This document shows, piece by piece, positions 20,001-27,552 of a stretch of 64,000 nt of DNA (position 1 is its first letter; every line of letters starts with the position of its first letter). The notes under the pieces were generated by a model, which worked only from the letters and a program-made list of their open reading frames with translations, did no database searches and was not told where the DNA came from. A program made the position numbers and the translations under genes. The stretch is from Bacteroidota bacterium (lineage in GTDB: Bacteria > Bacteroidota > Ignavibacteria > Kryptoniales > JAKASW01). Location: assembly GCA_023381615.1 (NCBI GenBank), contig JAMCQL010000013.1, forward strand, positions 3,869 to 67,868. Reading direction: 5' to 3'.

Positions 20001-20435
20001 TGGCTGATCACTCATTGCAATATTATCCTGATTAGGATTGAAATAACCTGGTCGGGGCTGCCATCCTCTTTCCACACCCGTAGGCGATATGTCCATTAAT
20101 TCCCTGTAGCCAGCTTCGATCACGTGAGCAGTGTCCCCCGCTGCATCAACAATCTCCGCGGCAACTATCGGCGTCAAGCCGTCAATATACGAGTGCCCGC
20201 TTCCCTTTGGCCAAACGCCGCTCGGCTGTTTTCCCCACCAGCCAACTTCCCCAAAGTTCCAAAACAATGTCTCGACCAAATTGCCATTCATCAGGCCGAC
20301 TTTTCTATACTTCCGATCACCTCGCATATCTGGCGGAATGTGAATTTGAGCCGACAAGGGAGTTATCTCTACCATTAGCGAGAGTGAAAAACAAATCAGA
20401 AAAAGTCTGTGTAATTTCATATAATGGTTCTCCAA
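17028..20435 (-). CDS. Large secreted protein of unknown function with Asp/Gly-rich Ca-binding-like segment, Fn3-like module and T9SS-like C-terminal domain
   Basis: The 1135-aa product has a signal peptide (LFLICFSLSLMVEITPLSAQ) and probably starts at M6, position 20420. Its acidic repeat is DENGNWNPQTDDVGADGIPGTGDTGEGDGIPTEGEPHFDKTDKDESD. The Fn3-like module reads VAGDKEVTLYWDEAAE...YKIYKS. The C-terminus is VVPNPYTV...IRIYTISGDLVVTL...GIYVYQVDAPGIGTKIGKLALIK. Confidence 0.6.
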   Translation of the reverse strand: MENHYMKLHRLFLICFSLSLMVEITPLSAQIHIPPDMRGDRKYRKVGLMNGNLVETLFWNFGEVGWWGKQPSGVWPKGSGHSYIDGLTPIVAAEIVDAAGDTAHVIEAGYRELMDISPTGVERGWQPRPGYFNPNQDNIAMSDQPITWPPSWANEPPSWNGKWNGYFGQRTNADQESYFVMDDNSDDGSDIYGNPYYPDSTDHTRRGLGTSVQVRGLQWANVLAQDNIFWHYDVTNEGTQDYTKVVFGMYCDTGVGGQYSSNVNNASFDKSLNLTYSWNTTGLGDGGWGPTGFVGYAFLESPGNPYDGIDNDDDSVDPNSPHLQDADFLPRSINAGDKFVVIKEHTYQRPFEAHTYERTVVTMPNHDTTVVSLGHVYHLYPGIVLQEIPGNNLDDNLNGLIDESPTIDMGFAYKNYVTGAGMQDRMIDERRDSGPGQLEYGWVPNYAAGPDLKGKYQGVYKKHWSGDENGNWNPQTDDVGADGIPGTGDTGEGDGIPTEGEPHFDKTDKDESDQIGLTAFDVFYIGTGVAFYDDEGIWQRIANSHFQTTLQNGNIAFLYGSGPFPLPPGTDEFFSLALVYGQDLADLIRHKITVEQIYNNNYNFARPPNKPHVNIVAGDKEVTLYWDEAAESSYDPFSHPPNNFEGYKIYKSTDPGFNDAFTITNGFGDKTMFQPVAQFDLRDGISGFFPIADHGIQFYLGDDKGLQHSWVDTSVVNGQTYYYAVVSYSKGDAINGIFPSECTKVISRDQFGTLHFDINTGMATPNAAAAGYKSPMLKGGSIQHLSGTGSGAVWLDIVDPLQVRDGETYKLVFDDTSSTNPLTYSLYDMRDSLHADSIFTGSSFVNGEDFNPIFNGIRLFVKNDSAAWNPSGTKWVSGNSNTLLIAKLDTTTAQKFLSSGKVPGYPDSYEILVGVPDTSWSYGRVPLSVTNFQVWDVTENHKVRYYLWEPVSQTDNKFEAGDYIVIWLPIGSNRYASLWEIDLIAPVAGNTINPQNGDTAYVKINSPFRSNDVFEFTTIAAKVDTASAKGALDRIAVVPNPYTVAASWEPQRLTQSGRGERLLYFIHLPQHCTIRIYTISGDLVVTLNHDSIMSDGAEPWNLRSKDNLDIAPGIYVYQVDAPGIGTKIGKLALIK

Positions 20436-20438
20436 AGC

Positions 20439-23153
20439 TTAAAATCCGACTGCAACGCCAAACAAAACTCTTCGGGGTGCAGAATAGAAATCTGGTCGGT
20501 TTATAAAGTCAGCAAGCGTGTTCACACCGCTCACATTTCCAGCATACCTCGACACGAGAGTGTAGCCAGCCCGGCCGGTATCCAGGTACACGCCTGTTTC
20601 GTTGAGCTGATCAAAAAGATTATAAATCTTCAAGAACATCGTGTAGTCTAGCCCGGCAATTTTGATTACTTTTTGAGCTTCGAGATCAAATGTGTACTGG
20701 GGCGGCTTTCGACCATTGTTCTCAAATTCGACTTGAAGGTTCTGAAGCTCGGGCGTATAGGGTAGCCCACTTTCAATGCGGCCAATCAATCCCAAACTCC
20801 AGTCGTTTGGTTCGCCAAGACTGAGGACAAAATTAAGAGTGTGTCGTTGATCCCAATTCAACGGAACAACTTGGACTTCATCTGCCCTCGGTGGAGAACT
20901 TTGCCGATTCAAGAATTGGGAATTGGGATCTGATGCGTTCCCCTCTGCAATTTGGAAAGTGTAATCAATACTTGCTCTCAGCATGTTTGAAAGGCGAATG
21001 TTTGATGAGATCGTTATGCCTCGAACGTTGCCATAATCAAGATTCACGTATTTTGCATACATATCACCTAATGTATAAAGCTCGAAGACCTCTGTTCCAA
21101 GCAAACCTCTGATGTCTTTATAAAATCCAGTAACATCAAGACCGACCTCGTCCGCTAACTGTTGCTGAAGCCCTACCTCATATTGGACTGTCTCCTGAGG
21201 AGCAAGGTCAGCATTACCCATAAGTGTTGAAAGACTTCCTGGAATAACTTCGAATCCCGGATCCGCGTAAAGGTATTGATAAGCTGGCACCTGGAAGAAA
21301 TGCCCATAAGAAATGTGAATCACTCCTCTATCAGTGATGGGGAAAGCCATCCCGATCCTCGGGCTCAACTGATATTTGGGAGTCGCTTGCCTAAACCAGT
21401 TCGGATTGCCCTTTAGCGTGCCGCTTGGATCCCTTGGGTCGACCGGCACGATTCCCCTGGAGTCAAAATAGTCATACCTGAGGCCAACATTAAGAATAAT
21501 TTCCTTTAACTCTATTTTGTCTTGCAAGTAAACCGCCGCCTGAATCGGGTAGTGAAGATACTCATTATTGTTATATGAAGTGATGGGAGGAATTACCGGC
21601 TGCCAGTTAGACTGCTGGTCCAGTTCAATGTTGTACTCATGCAGCCACAGCCTATCTCGATGAAGCTCAACGCCCGTCTTGATGAGATTATATCTGTCTA
21701 TCTGGCTCGTAAAGTCACCTTTCAGCAGAAGGACGTCTGTTGTATGATAGAAATGACCCATCGCAGCCCCGCCCGTATGAAAGCTGAAAGCACCTTTTGT
21801 GTAAAGCCGGGTCGGATCGACATACTGAGGATCAAACGGATTCGAAAATACATACTGAGCATAATCACTATGCATGGACGAAAGTTTCAGCCCATAATAA
21901 GTACTCGAAGATAGCATGTGAGTAAACGAAAGAATATTTGTTAGCCCATACGTATGGTACTGGTACATACCATTGGGGTCATACTTAAAAAGATGATCGT
22001 AAAGATGGTAGTCGCTCCCACTGTATAATCCTTCGTATGCGACCTTGATGCCGCCAGTAATTTGCCAACTTAGTTTTCCTTGGAAATTGAGTTGACGGCT
22101 ATCATTCATCGGGACAATCTTGCCGTCTCCGGTTTTCTGAATAAACCACGCCGTCGAATCTGGACTGCTGAAATTGGAGGAATCGCTTATATTATAAACT
22201 CTCTTCCCAAACATCCAACCCTGATTGTAATCACTCCTAACCGACGCAAAAAATCGCAAATTATTGGAGGTCAACGGGACCGGGCCGTTGAGATTTGCTT
22301 GTACACTATAAACGCCCAATGGATTCAGATGATTTATATTCATGAAAATGCTGCTGTGATTGCTGACGTAATCGCCGGTATAAGCAGTTATCTGACCTCC
22401 AAGTTTTGTCCCCCCTTCCTTCGTGACAATGTCAACCACTCCCGACATCGCCTGACCGTATTCAGCATTGAACGTACCGCTCACCAACTTCAGTTCCTGT
22501 ATGCCTTCACTCCCTACCTGAACTGAAGCATTCCATCCGTACGGATCAGTAACCGGCACACCGTCAATCATGTAAGAAACTTCACCAGAACGACCGCCCC
22601 TCACATGCAGGTCGCCGCTCGGCCCAACAACGACACCCGCTTGCAGTTGGAGTATATCCTGAAACGACTCAACGGGCATAGACTGAATCTGTTCGGCGCT
22701 CACGCTCGCCGAAGATGATGTTAGGTCTTTCCGTATCAGCGGACGCTGGGCAACAACGGTTACCTCTTTCTGCGTAATCGTTCCCTGATTTAACTCAACA
22801 TCAATCTTCGTAGTGTAATCAATTGAGACCGAGACGTTCGTCACCATAGACTCTGTATAACCCACCATAGACGCTTGGAGTTTGTATGTTCCGGGTGGCA
22901 CGTTGATTATGACATAATATCCATCTAAGTCGGTAGCCGCACCCAATCTGGTCCCTTCAATTCGGATTGTCGCACCGATCAGCGGCTCTTTTGTGGCTGC
23001 ATCCGTGACCCGGCCGGTAATTTTACCGGTAGTGCCGGCAATCGCAACAAAAGACAAAACTAAAATCAACGCAAAAGCACCAGAGAATCTCACCAGGAGG
23101 GTTTTGATTAGCCGATCCCTTATAAAACGCTGAGGGTATAAAAGGTCATGCAT
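20439..23153 (-). CDS. TonB-dependent outer-membrane receptor (CarboxypepD_reg + plug + 22-strand barrel type)
   Basis: The 904-aa product has a CarboxypepD_reg region (GKITGRVTDAATKEPLIGATIRIEGT...DGYYVIINVPPGTYKL) and a plug region (IQSMPVESFQDILQLQAGVV). The C-terminus ends ...RRVLFGVAVGF with an aromatic terminal residue. Confidence 0.9.
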   Translation of the reverse strand: MHDLLYPQRFIRDRLIKTLLVRFSGAFALILVLSFVAIAGTTGKITGRVTDAATKEPLIGATIRIEGTRLGAATDLDGYYVIINVPPGTYKLQASMVGYTESMVTNVSVSIDYTTKIDVELNQGTITQKEVTVVAQRPLIRKDLTSSSASVSAEQIQSMPVESFQDILQLQAGVVVGPSGDLHVRGGRSGEVSYMIDGVPVTDPYGWNASVQVGSEGIQELKLVSGTFNAEYGQAMSGVVDIVTKEGGTKLGGQITAYTGDYVSNHSSIFMNINHLNPLGVYSVQANLNGPVPLTSNNLRFFASVRSDYNQGWMFGKRVYNISDSSNFSSPDSTAWFIQKTGDGKIVPMNDSRQLNFQGKLSWQITGGIKVAYEGLYSGSDYHLYDHLFKYDPNGMYQYHTYGLTNILSFTHMLSSSTYYGLKLSSMHSDYAQYVFSNPFDPQYVDPTRLYTKGAFSFHTGGAAMGHFYHTTDVLLLKGDFTSQIDRYNLIKTGVELHRDRLWLHEYNIELDQQSNWQPVIPPITSYNNNEYLHYPIQAAVYLQDKIELKEIILNVGLRYDYFDSRGIVPVDPRDPSGTLKGNPNWFRQATPKYQLSPRIGMAFPITDRGVIHISYGHFFQVPAYQYLYADPGFEVIPGSLSTLMGNADLAPQETVQYEVGLQQQLADEVGLDVTGFYKDIRGLLGTEVFELYTLGDMYAKYVNLDYGNVRGITISSNIRLSNMLRASIDYTFQIAEGNASDPNSQFLNRQSSPPRADEVQVVPLNWDQRHTLNFVLSLGEPNDWSLGLIGRIESGLPYTPELQNLQVEFENNGRKPPQYTFDLEAQKVIKIAGLDYTMFLKIYNLFDQLNETGVYLDTGRAGYTLVSRYAGNVSGVNTLADFINRPDFYSAPRRVLFGVAVGF

Positions 23154-23197
23154 TTGTTTTCCCGTTTATAGAATTCATACCGACCGTCTTTTGGCTA

Positions 23198-23227
23198 ATG
23201 CAGCCAACCGAGATCAGTTGGCTGCAT
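23198..23227 (-). terminator. 11-bp perfect stem-loop between CBM9-like gene and TonB-receptor gene
   Basis: ATGCAGCCAAC (23198-23208) pairs with GTTGGCTGCAT (23217-23227) across an 8-nt loop, inside the 94-bp gap. There is no strong U-tract, so it could be a partial terminator or processing site. Confidence 0.35.
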
Positions 23228-23247
23228 CAGTGAAGTAACTTACAAAA

Positions 23248-25029
23248 TTATTTAAGAAGCATCATCTTACGCACGCTGGAATAGCTGCCAGCTTTCAAAA
23301 CAAGCAGATACACACCGCTTGTTACTGATTGGTTGAAGCTATTGCGACCATTCCATGTGACCTGATAGGTACCAGCATCTTGCGTTACATTAACGAGAGT
23401 AGCGACTTCTTCGCCTAAGATGTTGTACACCTTCAATGTAACTTGATGCTTTTCTGGGAGTTGGTAAGTAATCAACGTAGTCGGATTAAAAGGATTGGGG
23501 TAATTTTGTTCAAGCGCAAAAGAACGCGGGGTTGACTCCACCCCTCTTTTAACAGCAGTGACCATGGAAGGTGAAAGGTAAACCTGCCTGTACATATAAT
23601 ACTTATCAAAAGTTGGATCTGTCCACTCCGACCCCCACCATGCCTTTGCGTAGACATGCTTGTGAGGATCTGTTACGTCCGGAGAATAGTGATCCATATC
23701 CCACATTACAATTGAAATCTGGGCGGTATCACCAACAGAGTAGCCCAAGTCCCCAAGCTTCACTAAAATTTCGCCCGAATAACCATGATCCTTACCATTG
23801 GTATCGGTTCTTGTAACAGTTCCCGGAAATTCATAGCTTACCCCTGCTCCACTCCCGGTGGGCATTTTGGAATTGGCATAGAAACCTGCGGGACCGCCCA
23901 CAGAATCGCCGCTATACATCAAGCTTACCTGGAATCCACCCGAACCGTTCACATCTGTAAACGAAATCATTGGCCCGTCGGCTTCCCAACCATCAGATTT
24001 CTGACAGACGGACGAGTCGTTTGACACATAGCCAATATAAAGATCGGTACCTTTGTGAAGGAACTTGACAGTAGTAAAACTCGGGTCGTCATACCGATCC
24101 AAGGAATCAGCCCACTCCATATACCACCATCCAGTTGCGTCCCTGCTGCCAGGCCCAATTATAACCGAATCAGCTTTCTGCCAGACCGCTTCACTGACTT
24201 TGCCATTCAAGGTGATACTGTCTGGCGTTGCGTAGGCAGTTGCCATCGGCTTATCCGCAAGAACAAGTTGGCGGAAATCGGATGGTTGACCGGTGCCTCC
24301 CCACTCTGTCCCCCACCAGCTTTTGTAAAACTGAACGATTCCCGGCTGTGTGGATTCCGTAGTGTCTTTTGTGTAAAAATCGGGGTCCATGACAGTGATG
24401 TCAGCCAACACTGTGTCGTTAGCTGAATAGCCGAGCTTGTCGAGATGAATAACCATTTCGAGAGAGTAGCCACTGTCTGGTGCGGAGTTATCGTTTACTA
24501 TCGTTCCCGGAAATTCATAGGAAGTACCAGCGCCGGATCCTGCAGGCCCAGTGGTCCGAAAAGGAGCTTTATTTGTGTCCGGTTGATACATTAAATCATA
24601 TTCGTATGTGTGGAGTCCATCTTTGGTGCGGAATTTAGTGAAAAGTCCATCACCTTCCCATGCTCCCCAGCGCGCGCATACGGACTTGTCATTCGAAAGG
24701 ACGCCAACATAAAGGTCTGTCCCGTAGTGCAGAAAATATACCGACGTGCTTGATGAATCGGTGTAACCCTTAGTACCAGTTAGACCGCTTGTGACCAGAG
24801 CAGAGCTAGTCACACCGTATGTGTTATCGCCAGGCTTGTACCCAGCGCGAAAGTTTAAGTAGAAGAAATGCCTGGTCCAATCTGGGTCATTTAGTTTGCC
24901 ATCTACGTTAATTGGCTGAGACGCACTCATGACAATCATGGACGGCGGATCAATGTGTCCCAGTTGGGCTTGAACCGTCGCGGTTCCGACGGCAACCAAA
25001 CCAGCTAAAGCGAGAAGCAACGTTCTCAT
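23248..25029 (-). CDS. Secreted tandem CBM9-like/DOMON-like carbohydrate-binding protein with T9SS type-A C-terminal domain
   Basis: The 593-aa product has a signal peptide. It contains two internally homologous ~200-aa halves: FLHYGTDLYVGVLSNDKSVC...GSGAGTSYEFPGT...LDKLGYS and FLHKGTDLYIGYVSNDSSVC...GSGAGVSYEFPGT...LGDLGYS. Each half opens with a DGKLND..W / NGKVSE..W motif. The C-terminus is ALEQNYPNPFNPTTLITYQL...SSVRKMMLLK. Confidence 0.7.
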   Translation of the reverse strand: MRTLLLALAGLVAVGTATVQAQLGHIDPPSMIVMSASQPINVDGKLNDPDWTRHFFYLNFRAGYKPGDNTYGVTSSALVTSGLTGTKGYTDSSSTSVYFLHYGTDLYVGVLSNDKSVCARWGAWEGDGLFTKFRTKDGLHTYEYDLMYQPDTNKAPFRTTGPAGSGAGTSYEFPGTIVNDNSAPDSGYSLEMVIHLDKLGYSANDTVLADITVMDPDFYTKDTTESTQPGIVQFYKSWWGTEWGGTGQPSDFRQLVLADKPMATAYATPDSITLNGKVSEAVWQKADSVIIGPGSRDATGWWYMEWADSLDRYDDPSFTTVKFLHKGTDLYIGYVSNDSSVCQKSDGWEADGPMISFTDVNGSGGFQVSLMYSGDSVGGPAGFYANSKMPTGSGAGVSYEFPGTVTRTDTNGKDHGYSGEILVKLGDLGYSVGDTAQISIVMWDMDHYSPDVTDPHKHVYAKAWWGSEWTDPTFDKYYMYRQVYLSPSMVTAVKRGVESTPRSFALEQNYPNPFNPTTLITYQLPEKHQVTLKVYNILGEEVATLVNVTQDAGTYQVTWNGRNSFNQSVTSGVYLLVLKAGSYSSVRKMMLLK

Positions 25030-25168
25030 TTTGAATCCTCCTTTGTTTAAGTATTTAGATCGTTTTTATAACCAACACAACTTTTACTCACGAATTTCAT
25101 TATCACCTCCTCTTACAAGCAGTCATTTAAGTTGAAAACATTTCTCATGTTTAGCATTCGAATTATTA

Positions 25169-26185
25169 TCAAGTCGCCACCGGCGTACATCCACATGATT
25201 CTCTTTTAATAACCAACGTCGGAAGCATCATCTTCTTTCCTTCACCCCCATTCTTGCCCTCCAAAGAAACGAACAGGTGTTCAACCGCCTCTTTTCCCAT
25301 CTCAAATATCGGCACGTGAACCGATGTAAGGGATGGTAATACATATCGTGCCGAAGGCACATCATCGAATCCCGCAAGAGCAATCTCACCGGGAACGATG
25401 ATGTCTTTCTCGTGCATTGCCCGCAAGGCACCAAGCGCCATAGAATCATTCGAACAAAAGATCGCGGTTGGCTTTGACTTCATCCTCAAGACCCCAATCA
25501 TTGCATCGTAACCAGACTCTTCAGTGAAGTCACCCAGCAACTCAAAATTCTTTATCCTATCCAAACCGTTGTCTTTCACTGCGTCCAGGTAGCCACGAAA
25601 TCTTTCTTGTGCGTCGTAGTTCCTTTCCTCTCCTTTGAGAATCGCAATCCTCTTGTGTCCATGCTCTATTAAATGTTCAACCATTTGATAAGCGCCGCCG
25701 TAATTGTCAATTGTAACGGAATCGAAGCTGGCACCATTGAGATATGAATTAACGAATACTACTCGCGAAAGAGGAGACAAATGCTTTATTACTTCTTCCG
25801 TGTCAATATGCGGCGACATAATGATGAGTCCATCTACACGCCCGCCCTGCATTACCGTGAGCATCGACTCAATTTCTCTTTTGTCACTATGGGTGCTCGA
25901 AACAATGATGTGATAATTGTGCTGACGTGCAGCCTTATCAATACCTCTAATTAGTTCCGAAAAGAATTCACTGTGGACATCTGGCAGGATAACACCGATG
26001 AGGTTTGTTTGCCGAGTAACCAGGGCACGCCCGATAGCATGTGGCATGTAATTGAGTTCGTCGATTACGGCAAGAACCCGTCGCTTCGTCTCTTCGGTCA
26101 CCACCTCGCTGCTGTTAAGAACGCGGGACACGGTCGCTGTAGACACATTAGCTTTCTTCGCCACTTCTTTTATACCGTTTTTCAC
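25169..26185 (-). CDS. LacI family transcriptional regulator
   Basis: The 338-aa product has the HTH IKEVAKKANVSTATVSRVLN followed by a periplasmic-binding-protein-like sugar-sensor fold. The start codon is GTG at 26185. Confidence 0.9.
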   Translation of the reverse strand: MKNGIKEVAKKANVSTATVSRVLNSSEVVTEETKRRVLAVIDELNYMPHAIGRALVTRQTNLIGVILPDVHSEFFSELIRGIDKAARQHNYHIIVSSTHSDKREIESMLTVMQGGRVDGLIIMSPHIDTEEVIKHLSPLSRVVFVNSYLNGASFDSVTIDNYGGAYQMVEHLIEHGHKRIAILKGEERNYDAQERFRGYLDAVKDNGLDRIKNFELLGDFTEESGYDAMIGVLRMKSKPTAIFCSNDSMALGALRAMHEKDIIVPGEIALAGFDDVPSARYVLPSLTSVHVPIFEMGKEAVEHLFVSLEGKNGGEGKKMMLPTLVIKRESCGCTPVAT

Positions 26186-26221
26186 TCTACGCTAAACCTT
26201 CTAAATGCTGTAAAATAGGTG

Positions 26222-26237
26222 ATGTAAACGTTTACAT
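26222..26237. promoter_or_regulatory. Perfect 16-bp palindrome ATGTAAACGTTTACAT, candidate LacI-family operator
   Basis: I read this directly from the sequence. It lies 37-52 bp upstream of the lacI-family GTG and directly abuts a TATTTTAC -10/-7-like element on the minus strand. The central CG and the TGTAAA/TTTACA arms fit the generic LacI/CcpA-type operator layout. Confidence 0.6.
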
Positions 26238-26559
26238 TGCATAATAACAGTTTTGCTTTTTATTGTCAAGCAAAAAATGAGAATTGTGTGACAGCAATGC
26301 GAAAGAGAATGACTATGACTGTCACGAGATAGACCCGCAACCTCGGCCGCAATTTTCGCAAAACAACTTACGACTTGTACCCTCTTTCAAAAGGGGTGCA
26401 GTCCACTATTTCACTCCTCAAAAGAGAGCATTCGAACGAATGGGGTGTTATATTGCAAAAGAGTGTATGAAGGTTTTTTATGCAGAAACGATCTAAACAC
26501 TAGTCAGGTAGCTTGTTGATAATGCAGTTAGCAGCGCTTACCCCAAGAAACGACAACCC

Positions 26560-27552
26560 GTGACTGGACTAATTAACATGCACCCCAATGAAATGTTGCG
26601 TGCCGTAAGTCGAACCTTTGCCCTTTCCATTGAGCGGCTCCCCACGGGTCTGCGCGACGTGGTCACGACGGCCTATTTACTATTTCGGGTTTCGGATTGT
26701 CTTGAAGACAATGATCTATTAGTCACGCCGCGCAAAGCGGAGCTGTTGCGCTTATGGGCCGGGGTGCTGACTGACACCATGCCTGTGGCTTCTCTGACGG
26801 GCGAGATTGTGCATCTGGATGCAAGTGATCCCGAGGTCTATGTTGCCCAACATGCCGGGCAACTTCTCGAACGACTGCATCGGCTTCCGCTGGCAATTCA
26901 AGAGATCATTACCAGCCATGTGAACCAAACCTCCTTGGGCATGGCCCGTTGGCAAGAGCATGGTCCCGAGGTGCATAATGAAGAGGACATGGACGACTAT
27001 ATGCATCAAGTGGCAGGGCGCGTAGGCTATCTGCTGACTGATCTTTTCGCGTGGTACTCACCTGTCATCATGGAGCGCAAAGCCAAGTTGCTGCCGTTGG
27101 CTCGCCATTTTGGCTTGGCATTACAAACGGTAAATATCATCCGCGGGTTACGCAAGGACTATGACCGGGGGTGGGTATATGTGCCCCGCACTTTTTATGA
27201 ACCGCTGGGTTTAACGCGAGACAGTCTCTTTGCCCCAGAAAATACAGCCCAGATTATCCGGGTGATCGATCTATTGGCCAACAAAGCTGAAGCTCATTTG
27301 CAGTATGGACTAAACTACATTACGAGCTTTCCCAAGCGGCTGCATGGAATACGCTTGGCTTGTATGTGGCCCCTGCTGTTCGCGGTGAGGACACTTGCCG
27401 TTAGTCGTAACAATATCAATGTGGTTCTGACTGAAGCCAAAATCACGCGAGCCGAAGTCAAGAAAATTATGCGCGAGACTACTCTCTTTGGTTGGTCCAA
27501 TGACTGGTTGATAAACTACTATCGCCGTTTGCATATCATTCGCCCTGCCTAA
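26560..27552 (+). CDS. Squalene/phytoene synthase family protein (eukaryote-type squalene-synthase-like), divergent second Asp-rich motif
   Basis: The 330-aa product reads SRTFALSIERLPTGLRDVVTTAYLLFRVSDCLEDN (first DxxED motif present), YMHQVAGRVGYLLTDLF and LALQTVNIIRGLRKDYDRG. The track start is GTG 26560, and an alternative ATG lies at 26578. Confidence 0.75.
   Translation: MTGLINMHPNEMLRAVSRTFALSIERLPTGLRDVVTTAYLLFRVSDCLEDNDLLVTPRKAELLRLWAGVLTDTMPVASLTGEIVHLDASDPEVYVAQHAGQLLERLHRLPLAIQEIITSHVNQTSLGMARWQEHGPEVHNEEDMDDYMHQVAGRVGYLLTDLFAWYSPVIMERKAKLLPLARHFGLALQTVNIIRGLRKDYDRGWVYVPRTFYEPLGLTRDSLFAPENTAQIIRVIDLLANKAEAHLQYGLNYITSFPKRLHGIRLACMWPLLFAVRTLAVSRNNINVVLTEAKITRAEVKKIMRETTLFGWSNDWLINYYRRLHIIRPA

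Noticed and set aside
26284-26496. A 70-aa ORF in the lacI/squalene-synthase spacer.
   Set aside because: It has a non-ATG start, no recognisable motifs and no obvious translation signals. I treat it as non-coding spacer.
26186-26560. A direct repeat of the tRNA-like 3' end (att site) that would delimit an island carrying the squalene-synthase and GIY-YIG genes.
   Set aside because: I scanned the spacer for TGCTCCTCGGGCAGGACTCGAACC-like sequence. The only match is a weak CCTCGGCCGCA, which is not convincing. The island boundary is therefore unproven.
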